DNA from: Chrysomallon squamiferum
Taxonomy: Eukaryota; Animalia; Mollusca
Assembly: GCA_012295275.1 (NCBI GenBank)
Contig: CM022675.1
Location: 8,618,001-8,682,000, forward strand
DNA: 64,000 nucleotides
Direction: 5' to 3'
This document shows, one piece after another, positions 1-13,190 of this stretch (position 1 is the first letter of the stretch; each line of letters starts with the position of its first letter). The translations under genes and the position numbers were made by a program. The notes beneath the pieces were generated by a model. That model was not told where the DNA came from. It ran no database searches and saw only the letters and a program-made list of their open reading frames with translations.

Positions 1-79
1 TATATATGTTAGTTATTATCGTTACACAGTTTAAAAGTTTATTTATATATATATATATATATATATTCTTTATTCTTAC

Positions 80-146
80 CTGTAACGATCTGCTTTACTT
101 TTCTGAGTCTTAAAATTCCCTCCATTTTTTGTTGGTTATATGCCAT
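80..146 (-). CDS. Candidate first coding exon of a divergent minus-strand gene, MAYNQQKMEGILRLRKVKQIVT+G
   Basis: On the minus strand, AAAATGG starts 22 open codons ending at a consensus CAG|GTAAGA donor (forward cttacctg at 75-82). No homology recognised. Confidence 0.3.
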
Positions 147-329
147 TTTTATTTATTTATTTATTTATTTATCTATCTATCTACTCTGTATTATTTTTAA
201 GTTAGATTTCTTTTTTGTTTTTGTTGTGAAAGTCTGCTGGTAAAATATCCATAATATATTGCAGTTTTATTGTTATTTTGTTGTTAGTATTCATAACCCT
301 TTGGCTATGAACAGTAATTGTTTTAAAGA

Positions 330-850
330 TATCCTGGTTACAACAAAAATAACTTGTTTCTACAGTTAATTACAAGTAAAATAATTGGGTTATACAAGAA
401 GTTTGAGGGAAAAACAGTGTTATGTTGGTGGTTATAGTTAAATAATTGGGTTATTTAAGCAGATGTAGTAAAAAAAAAATAATTGGATTATGCAAGTAGT
501 AAAATAAATAACTGAGTTATGTAAGCAGTCATAGTAAAATAACAGTTAAAGAGTTACAAAAAATAACTGGGTTATTTCAGCATTTAATTATCTTGTTTTC
601 TGAAGTTATGTGCTTGCATATTTGTGCCTGTTAATAACAGCAAATAACTTGGTTACATGCATACAGGATTGGCATTATCATAACTTGCTTATGCAGGCAG
701 TAAAGTAACTTGGTTATGTTTTCAGTTATTAACGGCAAAGTAACTTCGTTATGTTTTTATTTATAACAGTAAAGTACTTAGTTATGTTGATATTAGTTAT
801 TAACGAGAAAGTAGCTTAATTATCAATTAAAGGCAGTTACAGCCTGTGAG
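330..850. repeat. Degenerate ~30-35 bp minisatellite (core agtaaaataaYtgggttat)
   Basis: Recurrent aaataattgggttat / aagtaacttggttatg motifs. Confidence 0.7.
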
Positions 851-1479
851 ATATTTTCTTTGTACCAGGGGATTATTAAAAATCATTCATTTTAAAATGT
901 ATGTCATAGGTACACACTAACAGTAAAATTGTCATACTCTGGGAGTTTCTAACAATAATTTGGTTATTCAGATAATTATAAGGAGAAAATTATTTATTTT
1001 CTAGGCGGTTATAACATTAAAGCCATTTCATTATCTGGATAGACAAAAGTGTAAATTTAGTGTAGGGGTATTCACAAAATGATAGGGCTTTTGCTTCTTT
1101 TTTTTTTTTAAGAGAATATTCATTTTGTTTCAAAATGGGAATTTGCAGTGATGTAATATTTTCAGGTAGCCAAAGGTATTAATGTTACCAAAAATTACAT
1201 TTTCTGTTGCACTTTTCATAATACATCTAGTTTCATGTGAATAAGATTTAACATAGAAAATATTTTAGAGAAACCTTCCTCTCACAGAAAAAAAAAAAAA
1301 AAAAAATTGTTATATGATACACTGCCTGCTTTGAATGTGGTTTAAAAGTTTAAAATTCCTGAATTTAAAATATTATTTAATTATTTATTTACTTTATTTT
1401 ATTTTTTTTCTCGGTTTGTATACTTGCAGCAAACATGACATTTGTTACTTGTAGCTAGTAGAATGTGTGATCTTAGTTT

Positions 1480-1855
1480 TAATTAGTAATTTAATATTTA
1501 GCATAATTGATTCATAGTGATTAATATTTGCTATAGTTAAATAATAGTTGATTAACATACGCGATAGTTAAATAATAGCCGATTCATATTTAACATAACT
1601 GATTCATAGTGATTAATATTTGCAATAGTTAAATAATAGTTTATTAATATTTAGAATAATTGATTCATAGTGATTATTTTCAATAGTTCAATAACAGCTG
1701 ATTAATAGAGTAACTGATTCATAGTGATTAATATTTGCGACAGTTAAATAATAGTGATTAATATTTATAGAAACTGATTAATGGTGATTAATATTTAGAA
1801 TAAATAATTACTAATATTTAGAATAAATAATTATTAATTAATATTTAGAATAAAT
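1480..1855. repeat. Degenerate minisatellite (ttaatattt..ataattgattcatagtga / atagttaaataatag)
   Basis: Alternating repeated sub-units visible. Confidence 0.75.
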
Positions 1856-2915
1856 TAAAAGTAATAATTTTTTTTTAATGCAATTTAGATGGAATTATTA
1901 AAGAAAATTATTATTAGAATCTTTTTAATTGCGCTTCTGGTTTGACTAGTCATCATTTCATGTTGTTAACTTTGAACTGAAAATTTACTCTTCACTTGAC
2001 AATTTAGAAACAGCTAGCAGCATTTTAACCACAGAGAAAATGTCCAAATACCAGCTTCTTAACCACAGTTCTTAGTTAGCTCACGGTTGTTACATGGTCA
2101 CCCTACAAACCAGTGAACCCAATCTGCAGCTCAACCCAACTATGACTATAATTTTATTTTTGAGCAAAAGAAAACTTTATTGCCTCGTTTTGACAAAACT
2201 TGCCTTCAGATTTACACATTAACCATGGGAAAGAAATAAATTAAAAAAAAAAAAAATTCAAAATAGATTAAAATTCAAAATAGCAGTATGAATATTTAAC
2301 TGTCATTTAAAAAAAATCTAGTTCATTAAAAAATGTTGAATAAAATATAAATTTTAGAAGGGTAACTTGAATATTTAAAATAACATTAATTGTTATCTAT
2401 TTATTAATCATTTTAGGCCAGTTTGCTTGAAAATGGGAATAAGTTTAAAGAAAAAAATATATTTAATATAATCTAAAAGAAAATATATATATTAAATAAT
2501 CTGTACAAGCTAGTTTCCTCAAAATTGTAAAATTCAAAATGCTGATAATGGGAGATTCGCATGTTAATATACAATATACCATTTCATGGAAATTCTTTGA
2601 AAGGATATTAATCAAATAAAACATAAACGTAAAAATGTTAATTTGTATGTTTAAAATACTATTAACACAGGATTTATATTTATTAACTTACAGTATTCTC
2701 TTATTTTAAGCCACTTCCCTTGAAAACTTTACAAAATATAAACTTAAAAATGCTTTACCCTGCTTTAGTGTATTTAAAACATGCTGCTAACAAAAGGCTT
2801 GTGCATTGATCTGTGTCATTTAAAACTAATTTTCTTGTCACTGTGTTAATAATAGCCAGGAAATACTTGCATTATACCAAATCTGTAGTTCATTAGACTT
2901 GTATGATTGTGGAGA

Positions 2916-2995
2916 AAGGGCAGGAGTTGTTGAAGCTTTAAAGCACTTCGGCTGCAAATACCTTGATGTCACTTCAGTCGGGTTGATACTTGGTT
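2916..2995 (+). mobile_element. Possible degraded tRNA-like SINE head
   Basis: gggcagga...taaagcacttcg...gtcgggttgatac loosely resembles an A-box/B-box tRNA-derived head. Recall only, with no second copy in the window. Confidence 0.2.
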
Positions 2996-3078
2996 CATAA
3001 TATAAATATAATTTGAGCAGTTCTGGAAATGATCAAATGGGATTAGGGTTAGAGATTAGTGCTTTCAGAAAGTTTAAC

Positions 3079-3119
<41 letters not shown>

Positions 3120-4759
3120 AATAATAGCAAAAATATAACTAATAAATATATGGATTATTTGAAACTAAAATTTGTATACATATAACGTTGATAAACAAAT
3201 TATTTAAATTAAAAAGGAACTAAAAGTTTAATAATAATAATAAACTTATATATAAATAAAAATAAATTTTAAAAGGAACAGAAGTACTTCATATTAATCC
3301 TCAAGTGTGAAATTTCTGAAATCTAACACCCTCTACCCATTGTGATTCTGGAACCGTCTCTGATAGTCACACATAATTCATTAAACATTGTAAAATACCA
3401 TTAGTGTATAACTCCATGTTGTCTAGTTCTTTTTACAATCAGGCTGTCAGGTAATATTGGTAAATATTTTGACATTTGTATTGGAACTGCAACCATGGTT
3501 GGTGTTTGAGGTGAAGTAATAATATGGTTGATGATGATGATGATGTCTGTAATGTTTGATGAACAGTATTGATAATGCTAGAAATGTGCAATAAATATCT
3601 TGTTTATTCTTGTTTCATCTTTGTTGTCTTTTCTTTTCTTTTTTAATTTTTATTTTGTTGTTGTTGTTAAATCGTAATAGACAAACCAATTATACACAAA
3701 GTTAATACTGGTAGTTTTGAAGAGAACAAAAATGAAAATAAATCTATATATAATTAACTTTGGATTGTATGTTAAAATTTCCAGCAACATTTATTAGAAA
3801 TTTGTTGACCCAAACAAATCCTTATCTGTATACAAAAGGGTCGAAACCTAGCACTTAAAGAATGTTAAAAATAGCTAATATAAATTTATTTAATTCTTTA
3901 TTTTTTAAATTTATTATTATTATTATTATTATTTCTTTGTAATTCTTTGACGTTGAGTATCTTGTAAAATGATTAATTCTACAAGAATGATTTTAAAAAT
4001 AGCTAATATAAATTTAGTTTTATTTATTGTTTTTATTTATTTACTTTTTAGTTCATTTTTACTTATTATAAGTTTATTATTTTATTTATTTATTTATTTA
4101 TTTATTTTAATTTTTATTTTATTTTATATTTTAATTTATTTTATTTTATTTATTTATTTATTTATTTTGTGTGTGTAGGGGGTATGCAAGTGTTTGGCCA
4201 AGTCTAGGGCGCAAAAGCGGTTGACACCGACCCAGATTACACTGTTGTCCGATTTTAATAAAGTTGTTCATATAACAGAATAATATAAACATATTTTAAA
4301 AACAATTGTCGTTTTAATTTTATTTATTTTTTACATGACTGCCAGATACTAGCGAAATAACAACTGGAAATTTCATAGTTTTTAAAACCATTTATTCGTA
4401 TTAGTTTATAAAAATAAATAAATAAATAAATATAAAACAAAAATAAACCGAAAAGCCTAAAATGTTATTCGATCTGTTTGTAATGTAGTACCGTATAAAT
4501 TATTTCTTACAAATACTGTGACCTTGTATAATTTCTGTCGGCACGTGATCTAAAAAAAAAAAAAAAAAACGACGGCGTGCCATTTATATGTCATCTGTGA
4601 TAAATTACTTGTAAAATAACCTGTGCATTTGTTATAGCACGTTAATGAGAATAAAGACTTGCGAGGCGGAATCCGAGAGACAGTGGTGCCAGTCACCGCT
4701 AGAATACTATGACCAATTGATATCGCTGTCCAAAGAATTTCACCACTTTACAAAATTTG

Positions 4760-4908
4760 TATTTGTATTGCATAACGGTCGAAATAAGTTTAATATTAAA
4801 TTTGTATATAGATGTACATAATTAATATTCATTTTATTTGTATTTCATAACGGCCCAAATAAGTTTAATATTAGATCTGTATAGAGATCTACGTAATTAA
4901 TATTCATA
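4760..4908. repeat. Tandem duplication, 2 x ~75 bp
   Basis: tatttgtatt.cataacgg....aataagtttaatatta...aattaatattcat at 4760 and 4835. Confidence 0.8.
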
Positions 4909-5479
4909 TCTGTTACGCCTACCATAATATGCTAAAATTAATTGTTGATAAATAACCTTTATTCCTTTTACATTGATCTTAGAGCATATAAAATTACAAC
5001 GCATATTCTGTCCAGATGGCCATTAAAATCATTTTTGCATTTCCCTGTTTTTTTTACTGTGATCATTCTATTGGGCCACATCTGCCCTCAGCAAATTCAA
5101 CCCTTAACATCGCTAGTACGAAGCCCTAAGGTCTTAACCGTTCTGACGGTCATGAAAGATCGTATAATCTAACGTTTAATAATAATAAGAAGAACAATAA
5201 TAAAAAAGAAGAAGAAGAAGAATGAATGAATGAATGATTCAAATGATTTGACGAATTAATTATTGACAAGTTTTGTATATATACATGTATCCGTCTGCCA
5301 TATATAAGATACACAATAAATAAATATTAAAATGTTTTTAAGATAACTGTTCACATCAGCATATACTTTCTTTAACAAGATGCGAATAAAACAATTAATA
5401 TCTTGAATTGTACAGCGAAGAAATTATCATGCCGTTTTTAACAGAAAATAATTACTACTAATTGTAGACACACCATCGT

Positions 5480-5487
<8 letters not shown>

Positions 5488-5536
<49 letters not shown>
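5488..5536. repeat. (GA)n microsatellite
   Basis: Direct reading. Confidence 0.95.
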
Positions 5537-5540
<4 letters not shown>

Positions 5541-5794
5541 AAGTAAATTAAGGACAATAATTGCCGCTAAATATTATAAGCTGTCAGCAGTAGTTAAATA
5601 AGTAAATGAATAAATAAAAAAAATTCAGGCATTTTAGCAATGCAGTATATAAATTAAAACTATATCGCCTGAACTTTCTAAAAGCGATAGTTCTGCCTGT
5701 ATTATCTGTATTAAATGATCGAATTAATATTAGCATGCTATTATTATTATTGTTGTTGTTGTTGTTGTTGTACAAGCTGAGACTGAGTACCATA

Positions 5795-5913
5795 AATCAC
5801 GGGATCACCAAATCGCCCGAAGCATCGATTCAACCAATGAAAATGCAGCTTTTTTCGCGCTAGTTAAAAGCGACATGACGTTTTTGCTGCTCGATCAAAA
5901 CAAAAATGTAAGT
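5795..5913 (+). promoter_or_regulatory. Core promoter and short first exon ending at the donor at 5907|5908
   Basis: ATCGAT 5824-29, CCAAT 5834-38, TTTCGCGC (E2F consensus) 5853-60, TGACGT 5876-81, then AAT|GTAAGT at 5908-13 followed by T-rich intron-like sequence. Confidence 0.55.
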
Positions 5914-6647
5914 TATTTTTTGTTATTTACCAATAATTTAGATAAATCATTTCAGGTCCTTCACAGTAATAAATTACTTCTAAAAACAAAAACAGTCTCA
6001 CATTTTGATGACAACTGGACATTTTCAACTATTAAACTAAAATGACTGCTTAGAAAAAAGGCGGGAAATTTCTCATGTCGCTTTAGTTCTGAATAAAGGT
6101 CTTTGACCATCTTGTCGTCGCAGATATCAAGATGGTGTCCAAGCATTTAAAAATGAATGAATAAGTAAATAAATAATATAATATAATAATAAAGCTAATG
6201 AAAAAAAATAGTGGTAGTTCAAGACTGCAGTTAAATGCATTTTCTGAACATAAATTAATATTTTTTTATTGGAAAATATGATGAAAATAATAATTTAAAA
6301 AAAGCTGTTTCAGGATGCGAAAGTAAACTTTCATTCTCTTAACTCAAAATACAAATAAGTTTCATAAGTGCAAAAACGCCTGGAAGACTGATTCTTCAAT
6401 TTTGTGAGTTTTGTTGAGATTGGATTTGAACTAAGTACTTACCAGTCTAAGTGTATAATGTATATATTTATAAATGAATAAAAGGTTGAAGTGAATTCAG
6501 ATAGTGCAAGTATTTCTTTTATTTCATTAATTTACATTAAAAAGTTAATAAGAAACTCATGAATGATGTACATTTTGGTAAATGTCCTGTAATTGATAGG
6601 TAACAGAAAATAATAATAATAAGAAGAAGAAGAAGAAGAAGAAGAAT

Positions 6648-6686
<39 letters not shown>

Positions 6687-7699
6687 TACTGTAATAATGA
6701 ATCAATGAAATAATTCTAATATAATATAATTACAACAATTAAAGAATAATGATGATGATGTTGACAGTAATAACAACAACAACCAAAATAACTAAATATA
6801 AATAATTACACTGAATAACTATAATAAATAATAACAAATTGTGAAGAAAAAAAAAAAGATAAAAGATTATAATAATACAAAATAAAAACAATTTAACAAT
6901 ACATTTAATTTTAAAATTCTAACTTATAAATAAAGTTTTCTTATTAAGGAAAGAGATAAACAAAACCTAAGCAGACACACTAAATTCATATTAAAATTTC
7001 ATTTTATAAAATGAATAAACCTGACATACTTTTCAGGTAACCAGAAAGAATTATGAGTATATTTTTTTTAAATTTATTATTTTTTTTTTTTTTTTTCAAG
7101 AATGCAAAACCCATACACCATCTGCAGTTTAGTATTACCATAACAATGGCTGACCAGATCATATTATCTAAATGACAAGATCCAGTTATAGGAGATAAAA
7201 CAGAATTAAGAAACAGAAACCAGTCCAGTCAGTGTTTGTTGGTAGGAATCTAGTATCCAATTTCATTCAGTTTCAAACTGAAGTAAAGGAAAGTCATTAT
7301 TTTTCTTCTTCTTTTTTTTTTTCCTAAATATTTTCCAGACAGAACTGAAATGTACTCCCAAATTTGTTTCTATTTCAAGATAAACATGATATATCAATTC
7401 AAAATGTTCATAAACATATATATGATGTTTTTGTTATTTAAGAGTAATGCATTACATACATGCTTGAGTTTTATCTTTCTGTTTGTATTATAACTATAGA
7501 TTAAAGCAGGGTTATTACTGTTATATAATTGTTGTTATTGGTGTTGTCATTGTTACTACTATTATTACTGCTATTACTATTACTGTTATTCTGCTTTTTC
7601 TTATTATTGGGATTTTTGGGCTATTACTGTTGTTGTTGTTGTTGTTATTTTATTACTACTGCTACTATCTCAGTAACGTACTGCATGCTTGTAAAGAGA

Positions 7700-7950
7700 A
7701 CTTCTTGCAACATGACCTGTATAATCAAGACATCTTGTAACACAACCTGTTCAGTGGCACACTCTACACACAGGATACCTTGTAAAATGACCCTGTGTAA
7801 ACAGGACACCTTGTAACAGTTATAACTGGCATAACAGGGCAACTTCTAATATTACCTGCATATTCAGGATACCTTTGCAACATCACCTGTGTTAAGGGGA
7901 CACCTTTTAACTTTACAACCTGCATATATGGGACAGTTGTAATATGATCA
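7700..7950. repeat. Degenerate ~31 bp minisatellite (acctg...caggacaccttgtaac)
   Basis: Periodic acctg/ttgtaa motifs. Confidence 0.65.
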
Positions 7951-8159
7951 TCTTTTTCCTCAGTGCCACTTGTAATATTACCTCCATTCTCAAAACAGCA
8001 TGTGACATGATGATCTATACATACCTGGCATTTTGTGAAAAAAAAGTATCTTCTTGTTACATTGCTACATACATACATCTTTTTTTTTTTTTTTCTAAAC
8101 CCAAACCAAAAAAAACAACAACAACAACAACAATACGACACTAAAATAAAGAAAAATTC

Positions 8160-8690
8160 CAAAATGGCGACAAAGGTGCATGTGTGGTGAAACTAAATCA
8201 GAAGGACTTGGATGTCCCGCGAAACTAAATCAGCCCTCGCGACACACATCACTGACATCGGACAAATTTTCTCTGTTCTCCCCGTCCATTGTCTTTGGGA
8301 CAAATTATGTCACTGTTGCGTGCACGAAGCCATTTTTCATGTCACTTCTTCCACATGCCCCCATTGTCGTCTTTGTCACAGAGATCACTCTTTTGTGAGG
8401 GAGATAAAGTTGTTTTTTGGCAAATGCTTGACGCAGACCTTTGAATTGGGTTACCGCTCACCTTGAATGAATAAAGTGTTGTTTTTTTACCTGCAGGAAG
8501 GTGTAATTGATTGGAAAGTTTGATTGGCTATTGATATGTCACCTTTCCGAATTTTTCACCCGGTGGTCAGATATGTGGATTGTTTGGGTGGTGGAGGGTT
8601 TGGAGGTGGGGGGTAGGGCTGGGTTCACGGTAATGTCACATAAATTTAAGGTGTTTTTAATCTGAGATGCAGATTGTTTGATTGGTACCT
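8160..8690. promoter_or_regulatory. CpG-rich promoter/enhancer-like island
   Basis: CAAAATGGCGAC (YY1-like) 8160-71, CCCGCGAAA (reverse E2F) 8216-24, a direct repeat GAAACTAAATCAG at 8189 and 8221, ATTGG at 8510, 8523 and 8681, and a G-rich tract at about 8586-8625. Confidence 0.45.
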
Positions 8691-8847
8691 GTTTGAACTC
8701 TTTAAGTATTTAAAAAAATTTCTGGTATTTGTTTTCAATACTTTAATAAAAAAAAAAAAAAAATTGCATTTCAATGTGAATTGTTGTTGAAATTTAATAA
8801 CATTTTAATGTAAGTTATTAACAAATACAGTTAACTGTCAAAAATAA

Positions 8848-9112
8848 TGTGTATGTATGCATGTATGTATGTATGTATGTATGTATGTATGTATGTATGT
8901 ATGTATGTATGTATGTTTGCATGTATGTATGTATGTCTGGGTGTATGTGTTTATATATATTTGTGCATATGTAAGCATATATATGTGTGTATGCATGTAT
9001 ATGTATTAACAAATACAGTTAACTATCAAAAAAATAATGTATGTATGTATGTATGTATGTATGTATGTATGTATGTATATCTGTATGAATGTATGTATAT
9101 ATATGTATGCAT
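8848..9112. repeat. (TATG)n microsatellites in a duplicated block
   Basis: Two tracts, each preceded by tattaacaaatacagttaact (about 8816 and 9005). Confidence 0.9.
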
Positions 9113-9312
9113 ATATTGAAGTATATATCTACATTCATACAAGCATCAATAAATACACTATCCACCATCTAACAATGTTTTTGTACCGAAATGACCGCAC
9201 TAAATTTCATCTGCCCTGCATGTCTAATGTCAGATTTTTGTTCATACATCTTTCTCCAGACATCAAACGTATCAAAAACATCCTTGTTATCATGTAACTG
9301 TTTATTTCACAG

Positions 9313-9395
9313 CTCTTTGAATAACTGACAAAGTAGAGCGAAACTTTATATCTAGATATAGTCAGGTATCACTCGCTCACCTGTGTGTCACTCAG
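9313..9395 (+). other. Candidate 83-nt non-coding (5'UTR) exon
   Basis: Acceptor tgtttatttcacag at 9312 and a perfect CAG|GTAAGT donor at 9396. No ATG inside. Confidence 0.45.
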
Positions 9396-9819
9396 GTAAG
9401 TTTGAATTTACATTGTTTAAATGTGTTAGAATGTTTCAGATTTTGTTATATATAATAGATAGGTAGCATACAGGTATAGATAATAGACTGATACGTAGAT
9501 AGATAGATTATAGGTAAATAAAGATGATTATAGATAGATATGTTGATAACATAAATATATAAATAGAGAAAGAAAGAAAGAGAGAGAGATGGATGGAAGG
9601 TAGGTAGGTACATAGGTAGACAGAACTGCTACTGTAGTTTTAATTGTTCTTTTTAAATAAATATACAGTATTTGATTTGCTGTAAAAATATAATTAACTT
9701 CTGTAATGTGATTAGGAATATGTGTCCATCTATTTTTGTTTTTTCTCTGTCCTTATATTTTGATTCCATTTTTTATTTTTAATAATATGTACAATTAAAA
9801 AATATTTACACACACCACT

Positions 9820-10930
9820 ACTATTTATACTATTACTTCAATTACTATTATTGTAACAGATACTGTTAATTCTAGTACAACTTCTAGTACAACTTCTAGT
9901 ACAACTACTATTGTTTTAGTACTAGTTAAACTACTACTACAGTTATAATGCTTTACTACTACTGCTACCACTTCTATTACTATTACAAAAAGTAGTTCTA
10001 TTATAACAACTACTACTATTACAACACTAGTACTATTACAGCTACTACTATTTACAATAGCTAGCACTATTGCAGCAACTACTACTATTACAACAGCTTG
10101 TACTATTGTTATATAGTTTGTATTATTCTGTTTCACTGCTACTGATGTTTCTACGCATCACTAAGTTCAAGTGTTAGTACTACTACTATTATCATTACTT
10201 TACTATGTCTGCCATACCTACTATTACTAATAAAATCACTGCTTCCACTAGTACTACTTTTATTACCACTGCATTATTACTTTACTGTAACTATTACTAC
10301 TACTGTTATTACTAATTCATAATTAACAGACTATTTCTTCTGTATCTGGTATTACTGCTACTATATAACTACTAGAACCACTATTACTATAACTACTATT
10401 ACTAGTAATACATAATCACTAGAACCATTACTTCTATTATATCTATTACTACTATTTCTATCACTACTAGAAAAACTAATTCTACTATAATTGCTAATAC
10501 TATTACTACATCCTTACTGGAACCTCTACTTCTACTATGTCTACTATTATTACTACTTCTGTCATTACTAGAAAAACTAATTCTACTGTAACTGTTAATA
10601 CTATTACTATATCACTACTAGAACAACTATTATTACTACTTTTATCATTACTAGAAAAACTAATTCTATTATAACTACTAAGACTATTACTACATTCTTA
10701 CTGGAACCTCTACTTCTACTGTGTCTACTATTATTACTACTTCTGTCATTACTAGAAAAACTAATTCTACTATAATTGCTAATACTATTACTATATCACT
10801 ACTAGAACAACTATTATTACTACTTTTATCATTACTAGAAAAACTAATTCTACTATAACTACTAACACTTTTACTACATCACTACTGAAACAACTACTTC
10901 TACTGAATCTACTATTATCACTACTACTAC
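9820..10930. repeat. (ACT/ATT)-derived low-complexity tract with a ~184-bp higher-order duplication
   Basis: cttactggaacctctac at 10513 and 10697. actagaaaaactaattcta occurs five times. Confidence 0.85.
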
Positions 10931-11139
10931 GACCACCCCCATTAGTCTTACACATTATTAAGAAACCACCCATTACGATTTAATCATTATTAAGATGTAT
11001 GCAACATCTCTAAGGCTATATAATTATCCTACAATTCTTAAACTGAGATTTTTGGAAAATAAACCCACAAATAAGAAGCTAAGAATCCACATTCAGATGG
11101 TTCTCTTTTCCCTTCAGTGGGGAGTTAAAGAAACCCAGA

Positions 11140-11500
11140 ATCCAAGTTAACGGTGCAGTGAAACCATTCTGGCAGTTTAATCATTTGGTACCTGCTGTGA
11201 AAGCAGACAGAGGATTGGTTTTTGTTTAGCTCAATCTCGTACAGTTCACACAAACAGCTAGTCTCTCTCTCTCTATCTCTCTCTCAACTGTGTCACGTCT
11301 GCTACGAGAATTCACGTCTGCTTTGGTTCAAGTCTGTTTTCATTCACGTCTGCTTCCCACTGAATAGTGTTAAAAAAAAAAAAAAGAAAAAAAAAAAAAA
11401 AAAAAGAATTTCGTTTGTGGCTTGTTTGTTTTACAAATTTCCAAACCAATTTCTCTTCCTGTGTCTTGTTTGAGAATCCTAGAGAGTTTCTTAATTGAAA

Positions 11501-11536
<36 letters not shown>

Positions 11537-11543
11537 GGTAAGT
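11140..11543 (+). promoter_or_regulatory. Candidate alternative promoter/first exon
   Basis: ATTGG at about 11213, a CT tract, three TCACGTCTGCT motifs, UTR-like sequence, and a TAG|GTAAGT donor at 11538. Confidence 0.4.
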
Positions 11544-11691
11544 GGAATTTTTTTTTTTTTTATTATTATTTTTTTAAACTGTTGAATTATATTACCAAAA
11601 GATGGATGTTTCTTTTAAATAGCAACATACGAAATTCCTACTTAAGGTTAACAATAAATACATTTCAAGTATTCCAGAAATTCTGAATTTC

Positions 11692-11705
11692 GTTACCACG
11701 GTAAC
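11692..11705. promoter_or_regulatory. RFX X-box
   Basis: GTTACCACGGTAAC, one mismatch from the RFX palindrome GTTACCATGGTAAC. Lies within the 16-bp inverted repeat CGTTACC-AC-GGTAACG. Confidence 0.55.
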
Positions 11706-12094
11706 GTGATCCTTGAGCTTCCTGACAAGTTTATGCTTTATGGAATGCCTAACTCTGCTTGTTAAGAAGTCGTTATGGCATTATAATAAGGAACAGAAGG
11801 GTGAAAGAAAAATAATTAAGTGCGTTTAGAAATTTAATTATTTAATAATGCCGGAGAAAAATGTTGTGAGTAAAAGGTGAGTATGAGGTGAGCCACAAAA
11901 TGAGGTTGTTGTGAGGGCAGTGTGAGCTCTATAGCGAAGATGACCTATATTTGTTTTAAAATATCTTTTTTATTTATTAGTTTTGGAAAAATAATAATAA
12001 TAATAATTATTATTATTATTAGTAGTAGTAGTAATATATTGTTATTAATATTATTATTATTGTTTCTGTTATTGTTATATTATTATTGTCAGTA

Positions 12095-12149
<55 letters not shown>

Positions 12150-12719
12150 CTGAAAGAAGATTTAAATAAAAAAATGCAATTATATTGCCAAATAAAAATT
12201 ACAGATATAAAAAAAAAAAAAAAAAAAAAACAACAAATAATAAACCAATTTAAAAGAATATTACAATGTAAAATCAATGGTACCCCAGTTTATTTGTTTA
12301 TTTTTATTATTTATTTTTATTGTTCTTGCTTTGGACTTTATATTATTATTTTAAATGATGTGTATATAATTTTATCATGTTTTTATAATAATAATAATAA
12401 TAATAGAATTAAAAATATTTAATTTTATTTGCTTCATGTGATTACATAATAAAATACAGATTTTTAAAATTATTTATCTTTTTTAACTATCACAAACTAT
12501 AATGTTAAACAACACATTACATGTGTTTCTTTTTTTTCTTCTTCTTTTTTTGTGTTGCTATTTTTTATATTTTTTTATATATATTTTTTTTTTTTTGTTG
12601 TGACTTCCAGCATGTGTTTATACAATAGCATTTCATCATGGAAACAAATCTGACATTTGCTCTTTATGTTACCTCATGCCCACAATTTTTATCATCTGCT
12701 GAAATAAATGCAAGCTCAT

Positions 12720-13190
12720 GTAATTAACCCTTTTACTGTTAACTTCGCATACCTTGTAATTAGCAGAACACGTGAAAAATCATTTGTCACTGTTTAACTC
12801 TTCGTAAGTTACAGTTCATAATTTTATAACCAGCAGAATCTGTGAATGATTTACTTAACCCTTCGTATGTTAAAGTTTATAATTTTACAAATAGCAGAAA
12901 CTGTGAATAGTCTATTTAACCCTTTGTATGTCAATAATTTGTATTGTGAACAAAGAGAATATGTCAAAAATATCCTAACATTGTTTAACCCTTTGTATCT
13001 TAAAGTTCACAGATTTATAAGCAGCAGAAATTGGGAATAGTCTATCAGACACTATTTAAATCTTTGTATGTTATTAATTTATATCTTGTAAACAACAGAA
13101 TATGTGAAAGAATCTCCTAACATTGTTTAACCCTTTGTGTCTTAAAGTTCACAGTTTTAACCCTTTGTGTGTTAATAATTTATATCTTGT
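12720..13190. repeat. Degenerate 60-70 bp minisatellite (ttaaccctttgtat...gcagaa..tgtgaa)
   Basis: About 7-8 recurrences of TTAACCCTT-like anchors. Confidence 0.75.

Larger units (their letters stand above)
4190..6150. promoter_or_regulatory. CpG-retaining region, likely a (bidirectional) promoter domain
   Basis: CpG dinucleotides are visibly frequent here, while the flanks 1-4190 and >6400 are CpG-depleted. This is the pattern expected for an unmethylated promoter between methylated gene bodies in invertebrates. Contains YAACGG Myb-like, CCAAT, E2F-like and CRE-like motifs. Confidence 0.55.

Noticed and set aside
9820-10930. Mucin-like Thr-rich reading
   Set aside because: Interrupted by stops, and the higher-order period (about 184 bp) is not a multiple of three.
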